Assembly (NCBI GenBank): GCA_051745145.1
Contig: JBNJDT010000018.1
Span: forward strand, 1-26,669
Source: Elusimicrobiota bacterium
Lineage (GTDB): Bacteria; CG03; SLGR01; JAGXOG01
Length of the DNA: 26,669 nt
Direction of reading: 5' to 3'
Shown: positions 18,034-24,526 of the stretch, piece after piece
Position numbering within the stretch: position 1 is the first letter of the stretch
Layout of the letters: each line of letters starts with the position of its first letter
The notes under the pieces: model-generated
The model's database searches: none
What the model saw: the letters and a program-made list of their open reading frames with translations, nothing else
What the model was told of the DNA's origin: nothing
Position numbers and translations under genes: made by a program

Positions 18034-19276
18034 AGAAAAAATAGTTATCCGCGGTCCCTCGCGCCTCGAGGGAGAAATATCCATATCCGGTTCTAAAAAT
18101 GCGGTACTGCCTATGCTGGCGGCTACTCTTCTTACCGACCAGGAGTGTGTAATAAAGAATGTGCCCCGGCTGTCCGATATACATACTATGATTAATCTGC
18201 TTGAAGTAATGGGCAAAAAAGTCAAAAGAGAGAAATCTACCGTAACCATAGGAGCAGACGGTAGTTTAAAAAATGAAGCTCCCTACGATTTAGTAAAAAA
18301 ACTTAGAGCTTCGGTGCTGGTTATGGGGGGCCTGGTAGGAAGAGTAAAAAATATTAATGTAGCTTTGCCGGGCGGATGTGCAATAGGGGCCCGGCCGATA
18401 GATATTCATCTTAAGGGTTTCCGGAAAATGGGGGTAAAGACAAGAGTGGAGGGGGGATTTGTAAATTTAAGTTCTGAAATTCTGGAAGGCACAAAAGTAT
18501 GTTTGGATTTTCCGAGCGTGGGAGCTACAGAAAATCTTATCATGGCCGCCTGCCTGGCCCGGGGAACAACCGTGCTGGAAAATACGGCCGCCGAGCCCGA
18601 AGTTGAACAACTCATCGAATTTTTAAAAAGTATGGGGGCCAGGATAACTACTAGCGGCAATATAGTGAAAATTGAAGGTTGTTCTCAACTTAACGGCACA
18701 ACTTTTAGGGTTATGGATGATCGGATTCAGGCGGGGACGTATCTTATAGCCGGGTTGATTAACCGTTCTCAAATAAAATTTAAATTTTCTCATCCGGAGA
18801 CTCTTGAGGCAGTGATAGATAAAGCTGAAGAATGCGGAGCCAAAATATCAGTAGAAAAAGGGGAAATTAAAGTAGAAGCCCCACGTAAACTTAAAAGTGC
18901 GGATATAAGGACTTCACCATATCCCGGTTTTCCCACTGATCTGCAGGCTCCTTTTACCACGGTTATGACTGTGGCCGGGGGGACCAGCGTGATATCCGAA
19001 GAGATTTTCGAAAGTAGAATGATGCACTGTTCGGAGCTTTTGCGGATGGGAGCGGATATAGAAGTTAAGAAACAGTCGGCAATAGTATCCGGTGTTGACA
19101 AGTTAAGCGGAGCACCGGTAACAGCCGCTGATTTAAGAGGGGGAGCGGCACTGGTTATGGCCGGGCTTATTGCCGAAGGACGCAGTGAAGTGGAGGATAT
19201 TTATCATATAGAGAGAGGATATGAAGATATAGTCGGAAAATTTTCCAAACTGGGAGCTGATATATGGAAAGAATAA
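18020..19276 (+). CDS. murA: UDP-N-acetylglucosamine 1-carboxyvinyltransferase
   Basis: GSKNA.LP, LRAS, LPGGCAIGARP (active-site Cys present), SVGATEN, YPGFPTD.Q, DLRGGA and RGYE. Confidence 0.98.
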   Translation: MEKNKEKIVIRGPSRLEGEISISGSKNAVLPMLAATLLTDQECVIKNVPRLSDIHTMINLLEVMGKKVKREKSTVTIGADGSLKNEAPYDLVKKLRASVLVMGGLVGRVKNINVALPGGCAIGARPIDIHLKGFRKMGVKTRVEGGFVNLSSEILEGTKVCLDFPSVGATENLIMAACLARGTTVLENTAAEPEVEQLIEFLKSMGARITTSGNIVKIEGCSQLNGTTFRVMDDRIQAGTYLIAGLINRSQIKFKFSHPETLEAVIDKAEECGAKISVEKGEIKVEAPRKLKSADIRTSPYPGFPTDLQAPFTTVMTVAGGTSVISEEIFESRMMHCSELLRMGADIEVKKQSAIVSGVDKLSGAPVTAADLRGGAALVMAGLIAEGRSEVEDIYHIERGYEDIVGKFSKLGADIWKE

Positions 19277-20463
19277 AAGAAACGGTTAAAAATATAATTA
19301 ACCGGGTTGAAGAAAAAGGCGATGAAGCTTTAGTGGAATTTACTAAAGAGTTTGATAGTATAGAGCTTACTCCAAAAGAGATAGAGATTGATGATTATAC
19401 CAGAAAAAAGCAGGCTCAAAAAACAGATCCCCGGATAGCCGATTCTTTAAAGAAGGCAGCTCAAAATATTAGAAATTACGCCCGCCGAAATTTTGAGTCA
19501 TTGCCCGAAGAACAGAATATCAAAAATAACGGGGCCAGTATTACAGACCGTTACATACCGGTTAAAAGCGCCGGAATATATGTTCCCGGCGGCCAGTACA
19601 GTTATCCCTCTTCGGTTCTTATGACGGCAATCTTTGCCCGGGAAGCCGGCGTTAAAGAAGTATTTATGGTTACTCCCCCGGGCAAACTTACCCCCGCGGT
19701 TATAAAAGCGGCTCAAATATCTAAAGTGGACAGGATATTTCAAATCGGTGGGGCTCAGGCAATAGCTGCTCTGGCTTTGGGTACCCGAAGTGTTCCTCCG
19801 GTTGATATTATTGCAGGACCCGGAAATATGTATGTGCAGCAGGCTAAAAAAGAGCTTTCCGATAGGGTGGGTATAGATATGCTTGCCGGCCCCAGCGAAG
19901 TGGTCATTATTGCCCAGGGCAGCAGGGAGTACAGCTGGATAGCCAATGATTTAATGGCCCAGGCCGAGCATGCCCCGGACGCCAGGGCCATACTTGTTTC
20001 GCCGGATGATAGTATAATTAAAAATGTAAAAAAATTGATAGTGGATGAGTTTAACGATAGAATTGATTTTAAGAAAACAAAAGATATAGGGGAGGCGGTA
20101 GATATTTCCAACCGGATAGCTCCCGAGCACCTTCAGGTTATCTGTTCAAAGAAAGAGGAAGAGGCGGTACTGGGGGGCATATATAACGCCGGGGCCGTAT
20201 TTGTGGGTAAATATACCCCTGTGGCTGTCGGAGATTACTGGGCCGGACCTTCCCATACCCTGCCAACCGGACGTACAGCCCGGTACAGCGAGGGGCTTAA
20301 TGTGAGAACTTTTTTAAAGAAGGTCTCTTTTATAAAAAGTACGGGTGGGGATTTTGAAAAATCAGGAGAGCATATTGAAAGATTGGCTTCTTCGGAAGGG
20401 ATGGAGTATCATAAAAATTCTGTCTCAGTAAGAAAAAAGGATATGGAAAATGAGTCAACTTAA
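19264..20463 (+). CDS. hisD: Histidinol dehydrogenase
   Basis: GIYVPGG, GGAQAI, GPGN.YV..AK, IDMLAGPSE, QAEH, APEHL and GDYWAGPSHTLPT. Confidence 0.96.
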   Translation: MERIKETVKNIINRVEEKGDEALVEFTKEFDSIELTPKEIEIDDYTRKKQAQKTDPRIADSLKKAAQNIRNYARRNFESLPEEQNIKNNGASITDRYIPVKSAGIYVPGGQYSYPSSVLMTAIFAREAGVKEVFMVTPPGKLTPAVIKAAQISKVDRIFQIGGAQAIAALALGTRSVPPVDIIAGPGNMYVQQAKKELSDRVGIDMLAGPSEVVIIAQGSREYSWIANDLMAQAEHAPDARAILVSPDDSIIKNVKKLIVDEFNDRIDFKKTKDIGEAVDISNRIAPEHLQVICSKKEEEAVLGGIYNAGAVFVGKYTPVAVGDYWAGPSHTLPTGRTARYSEGLNVRTFLKKVSFIKSTGGDFEKSGEHIERLASSEGMEYHKNSVSVRKKDMENEST

Positions 20464-21490
20464 ATTTATTAATGATCGGATAAAAAAACTTTCCCCGTAT
20501 TCGGTGCCCCAGGTTTCGGAGGGGGAAATAAAGCTGGACGCCCAGGAAAACCCCTATCACCTGCCGGATAAGTTAAAAGTTAAACTGTCCCGAATTTTAT
20601 CGGAAGTGGAACTAAATCGCTATCCTGATCCTAAATGTAAAAATTTGAGAAAGAAAATAGGGGAGTATTGTAAGCTGGAGGGGGACAATATTTTAGTGGG
20701 TAACGGGTCCGACGAACTTATACTTATGCTTCTTTTAGCCAGCGGCGGTGAGGGTAAAAAAGTAGTTTACCCCCAGCCAACATTTTCGATGTACAAAATT
20801 CTTTCTCAGCTTACCGGTACAAAGCACAGGGGAGTACCTTTAGGAAAAGATTTTTCTTTACCAGACGGCAAAATTCTTTCGGAAAATCCGGATATTATTT
20901 TTTTAACGTATCCCAATAATCCAACAGGCAACTGTTTTTCAAGGGATAAGGTAATTAATATAATAGAAAACACGGACGGTCTGGTGGTTATAGACGAAGC
21001 GTACTATGAGTTTTCGGGAAAAACTTTCCGGGACTTTATAGAAAAGTATGATAATATAGTTATATTAAGAACTTTTTCCAAGGCTTTTTCTCTGGCGGGA
21101 ATCAGGGCCGGGTACATGATGGGAAGTAAAAATATTATAAGAGAATTGGATAAGGTCCAGCTTCCCTATAATATCAGTATAGTTAATCAAAAATTATTAG
21201 AAGCGGTAATGGATAATAGGGATTTAATTAAACCGGTTGTGAAAAAGTTAAATAAGTTCAGGGATGAATTAATCGATAAGATAAATAAAATTGACGGTAT
21301 AACGCCTTTCCCGTCGGAAGCTAACTATATACTTATGAAAATAGATAATATTGATAGAGTTATAGGTAAGCTTAAAGAAAACAATATAAAAGTGAGAGAA
21401 TTTTCGGATAAGGCCCTTAAAGATTACTTGAGAGTAACTGTAGGAAACAAGCAGGAAAATAAAAATTTTTTAAAGGCCTTAAAAACTTAA
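20450..21490 (+). CDS. hisC: Histidinol-phosphate aminotransferase
   Basis: NRYPD, GNGSDE, PNNPTG, DEAYYEF, RTFSKAFSLAG.R.GY and RVTVG. Confidence 0.95.
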   Translation: MSQLKFINDRIKKLSPYSVPQVSEGEIKLDAQENPYHLPDKLKVKLSRILSEVELNRYPDPKCKNLRKKIGEYCKLEGDNILVGNGSDELILMLLLASGGEGKKVVYPQPTFSMYKILSQLTGTKHRGVPLGKDFSLPDGKILSENPDIIFLTYPNNPTGNCFSRDKVINIIENTDGLVVIDEAYYEFSGKTFRDFIEKYDNIVILRTFSKAFSLAGIRAGYMMGSKNIIRELDKVQLPYNISIVNQKLLEAVMDNRDLIKPVVKKLNKFRDELIDKINKIDGITPFPSEANYILMKIDNIDRVIGKLKENNIKVREFSDKALKDYLRVTVGNKQENKNFLKALKT

Positions 21491-21510
21491 ACAATATAAA
21501 GGGAGGAAAA

Positions 21511-22092
21511 ATGAGAACTGCCCATAAAAAAAGAGAAACCAGGGAGACCCAGATAGATATTCAGGTAAATCTGGATGGTAAGGGGGAATTTAATATTAAC
21601 ACGCCGTACGGTTTTTTTAACCATATGCTGGAACTTTTATCCAAACACTCGGGTATTGATATGGATATCAGGGCCACCGGGGACACAGACGTTGATCCCC
21701 ATCACACTGTGGAGGATGCAGGTATAGTCCTGGCCCAGGCTTTAGATGAGGCCCTGGGAGACAGGAAAGGAATAGAAAGATACGCCAGTATAATGTTGCC
21801 CATGGATGAGACCCGCTGCGATGTGGCCCTTGATTTAGGGGGGAGAGCCAATCTGGTGTACAGGGTAAACGAAAATATGAAGTCGGAGAAAAAGATTGAC
21901 TTTACCCTATTGAGAAGTTTTATGAAAGCTTTTTCGGATAACTTAAAAGCTACTATCCATATACAGCTGGTTTACGACGAGGGAGATTTCCACCATGCCG
22001 CCGAGGCCATGTTTAAAGGTCTGGCCAGGACCTTAAGAAAAGCTGTTGAAGTTACCGGAGAAGATTTACCCTCCAGCAAGGGAGTGATATAG
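21511..22092 (+). CDS. hisB: Imidazoleglycerol-phosphate dehydratase (monofunctional)
   Basis: RETRET, FF.HML, GD..VD.HHTVED, PMDE, HH..EA.FK and PSSKG. Confidence 0.97.
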   Translation: MRTAHKKRETRETQIDIQVNLDGKGEFNINTPYGFFNHMLELLSKHSGIDMDIRATGDTDVDPHHTVEDAGIVLAQALDEALGDRKGIERYASIMLPMDETRCDVALDLGGRANLVYRVNENMKSEKKIDFTLLRSFMKAFSDNLKATIHIQLVYDEGDFHHAAEAMFKGLARTLRKAVEVTGEDLPSSKGVI

Positions 22093-22821
22093 ATGATTGT
22101 AATTCCGGCCATAGATTTAAAGGGCGGTAACTGCGTAAGGCTTACCCGGGGGAAACCGGAGAATGAAACTGTTTACTCCGAAGATCCGTTAAAGATGGCC
22201 AAATTATGGCAGTCTAAAGGAGCGGGACGGCTCCATATAATCGATCTTGACGGAGCGTTTTCCGGGACAATGGGCAACGGCGATATCATAAAAAAGATTG
22301 TAGCCGAGGTGGATATACCCGTTCAGGTTGGCGGTGGAATTAGAGAATTTTCGGTAATAAAAGATTTAATAGATAAAGGTGTTCACCGGATTATAATGGG
22401 GAGCGCGGCCATCTACGATAGAAAACTGGTAGAGAAAGCGGCAAAAAAATGGCCGGACAGGATTACGGTTGGCATAGATTCAAATTCCGGGAAAGTGGCC
22501 GTTAAAGGCTGGAAAGATATTACTCAAATTTCGGCTATCGAGCTGGCCGGGCAGATGGAGCAGATTGGGATTACCGAACTTATTGTTACCGATATAAAAA
22601 AAGACGGTACCCTGGAAGGCCCCAATATAGAGTGGATAAAAAAAATTGCCGGCAGCGTCTCGATCCCCGTAATAGGAGCCGGGGGGATGTCCCGGATCGA
22701 GGATATTCGCGATTTGAACCGGGCTGAAATTGACAACTTAAAAGGTATTATAATAGGGAAAGCCCTGTACAGCGGTTCTATTGAACTGTCCCGGGCTATT
22801 GAAGTCGTTAAAAAAGGATAA
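22093..22821 (+). CDS. hisA: ProFAR isomerase
   Basis: IPAIDL.GG.CVRL..G, HIIDLDGA, QVGGGIR, TDI.KDGTL.GPN and GKALY. Confidence 0.96.
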   Translation: MIVIPAIDLKGGNCVRLTRGKPENETVYSEDPLKMAKLWQSKGAGRLHIIDLDGAFSGTMGNGDIIKKIVAEVDIPVQVGGGIREFSVIKDLIDKGVHRIIMGSAAIYDRKLVEKAAKKWPDRITVGIDSNSGKVAVKGWKDITQISAIELAGQMEQIGITELIVTDIKKDGTLEGPNIEWIKKIAGSVSIPVIGAGGMSRIEDIRDLNRAEIDNLKGIIIGKALYSGSIELSRAIEVVKKG

Positions 22822-22845
22822 GTAAAGTTAAAAAGCGAGGAAAAA

Positions 22846-23226
22846 ATGAATTTAGATGAACTAAAATTTGATGAAAAAGGATTAATACCCTGCGTGACCC
22901 AGGATTACAGGGACGGCAAAGTTCTTATGGTGGCCTACATGAACAAAGAGTCCATCCGGATAACACTGGAAAAAGAAAAAGCCTGTTATTTTTCCAGATC
23001 CAGAAATGAACTGTGGCTAAAAGGGGAAGAGTCGGGGAATGTTCAGGAAGTAAAAGAGATGTACATAGACTGCGATAAAGATACCATTCTTTTAAAAGTT
23101 AACCAGATAGGGGATTGTGCCTGTCATGAAGGATACAGGTCCTGTTTTTTTAGAAAGTACGACGGTTCTGACTGGGAAGTAGTAGGAGAGCTGGTCCAGG
23201 ATCCGGAAAGTATGTATGACGAATAA
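22846..23226 (+). CDS. hisI: Phosphoribosyl-AMP cyclohydrolase (monofunctional, no HisE domain)
   Basis: GLIP...QD, VLMVAYMN, SRSR.ELW.KGE.SG, DCD.D and ACH.G..SCF. Confidence 0.96.
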   Translation: MNLDELKFDEKGLIPCVTQDYRDGKVLMVAYMNKESIRITLEKEKACYFSRSRNELWLKGEESGNVQEVKEMYIDCDKDTILLKVNQIGDCACHEGYRSCFFRKYDGSDWEVVGELVQDPESMYDE

Positions 23227-23234
23227 TTGAGGTA

Positions 23235-23846
23235 ATGCAATTTCCCAAAGAGGGTATATATTTTTTATTCAATCCCCGGCGGTGGACAAATTCTCCCTGG
23301 GAAACTAACCTAAAAAATCTTTTCTCTCACATAGATGTACTTCAATTAAGAGCACCGGAGCTAAACGACAGGGAGTTTCATGCGGTTGCCCTGAAAATAA
23401 AAGATATTTTAAAAGATACGAATATTCCTTTTATTGTAAATAACAGGGTGGATATAGCTATCTTAGCCGGATCCGACGGGATTCATCTTGGAAGTGAGGA
23501 TATGCCGGTGCAAGAGGCTAAAAAAATTTTTACCGGTTTTATAGGAGCTTCCCGCCATACCCAGCAAGGGGCCAGGCAGGCAGAGACTGCGGGAGCAACT
23601 TATATCGGCTGCGGGCCCGTTTTTAAAACAGATACCAAAAGTTTAAACAGGAAGACCATAGGGCCGGAAGGCTATCTAAAAGTTAAAAAAAGCGTGGATA
23701 TACCCGTAATTCCTATAGGGGGGATAAATCAGGAGAATATCAAGAAAATTCAAAAGTACTCTTCTGTCTTTGCCGTATCTTCAGCTGTAAATAAGGCGGG
23801 GAATCCGGAAAAAATTTGCCGGAAATTAAAAAGTCATATCTTATAA
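23235..23846 (+). CDS. thiE: Thiamine-phosphate synthase family protein (ThiE/TenI), divergent
   Basis: LQLR, FIVN.RVDIA, GIHLG.ED, G.S.H, GPVF.T.TK, IGGI and AVSSA. Confidence 0.75.
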   Translation: MQFPKEGIYFLFNPRRWTNSPWETNLKNLFSHIDVLQLRAPELNDREFHAVALKIKDILKDTNIPFIVNNRVDIAILAGSDGIHLGSEDMPVQEAKKIFTGFIGASRHTQQGARQAETAGATYIGCGPVFKTDTKSLNRKTIGPEGYLKVKKSVDIPVIPIGGINQENIKKIQKYSSVFAVSSAVNKAGNPEKICRKLKSHIL

Positions 23847-23850
23847 GTAT

Positions 23851-23879
23851 TTGAATTTTTAGAAAAATTGTATTAATAT
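23851..23879 (+). promoter_or_regulatory. Candidate sigma70 promoter upstream of the structured leader and response regulator
   Basis: TTGAAT (23851-23856), 17 bp, TAATAT (23874-23879). An inverted repeat AATTTTT-AG-AAAAATT (23854-23869) spans the spacer. The AT-rich context lowers significance. Confidence 0.45.
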
Positions 23880-23907
23880 TATTTAATAAGAAGTAATATA
23901 TTTAAAA

Positions 23908-24038
23908 GTATTACAGGAGAAATCTTTGGGATTTCTCCCGTGTGCACTACTGTAATACAAATGCTGCGTACTGCGGTATAAAGGCCGTACCGCAGTATTC
24001 AGTTTGGTAGTGCACGCTGATGCTGTGTGTACGGCCTT
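23908..24038 (+). ncRNA. Unclassified structured RNA element (double-pseudoknot-like leader or small RNA)
   Basis: Five complementary pairs of 8-11 bp in ~130 nt: 23908-16/23950-58, 23917-24/23930-37, 23940-50/24007-17, 23968-78/23988-98 and 23981-90/24029-38. G-U wobbles favour the + strand. Confidence 0.7.
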
Positions 24039-24053
24039 AAAGAAAGTTAATAT

Positions 24054-24413
24054 TTGCCGAAAAAAATACTTGTTATAGAAGATGAACCGGGTATTCGGAA
24101 GACGTGTAAGAAAGTTTTAGCTAAAATTAATTTTGAAGTTACCGGTGCTTCAAATTTTAAGCAGGGTATAGAATTACTTACCGAAGAAAATTGGAGCTTA
24201 GTTATAATAGATATTCAGCTGCCCGACGGTAATGGAATAGACCTTTTAAAAGAATGTGTGGAAAACCATCCCCGGGTTATCCCGATTATGTTGTCCGGAG
24301 CGTCGTCCCTTCAGGAAGCCGTAAAGACAATGAAAATAGGGGCCAGAGATTTTATTACCAAACCTTTTGATATAAAAAAATTGCGCTCTACTGTTAAAGA
24401 AGCTTTAAATTAA
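24054..24413 (+). CDS. Single-domain response regulator (receiver only)
   Basis: ILVIEDE, IIDIQLPDGNG (phospho-Asp), LSG, GA.DFITKPF. TTG start with AGAAAG upstream. Confidence 0.92.
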   Translation: MPKKILVIEDEPGIRKTCKKVLAKINFEVTGASNFKQGIELLTEENWSLVIIDIQLPDGNGIDLLKECVENHPRVIPIMLSGASSLQEAVKTMKIGARDFITKPFDIKKLRSTVKEALN

Positions 24414-24461
24414 ATAACTCCTTACCTTATAACCTAAAAAGTAAAAATATCAGAATCTAAT

Positions 24462-24490
24462 TTGATTAATATATAGGAATGTATTATAAT
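24462..24490 (+). promoter_or_regulatory. Sigma70-type promoter for the MASE3/PAS sensor gene
   Basis: TTGATT (24462-24467), 17 bp, TATAAT (24485-24490). Confidence 0.6.
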
Positions 24491-24526
24491 TAGAATAATT
24501 AGAATAGTAGCAATAAAAGGTTTAAA

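Noticed and set aside
23908..24038. Assignment to c-di-GMP-II, HDV-like or hatchet ribozyme, cobalamin or fluoride riboswitch
   Set aside because: Only fragments match (GCAC/GTAGTGC, CAAA, CTGATG). The kink-turn, P3/L3, or other defining cores are missing, so it is left unclassified.
23961..24042. CRISPR or TIGR-type array
   Set aside because: Only two units, the variable segments pair within the element itself, and no cas, Nop-domain, recombinase or reverse transcriptase gene is in the window.
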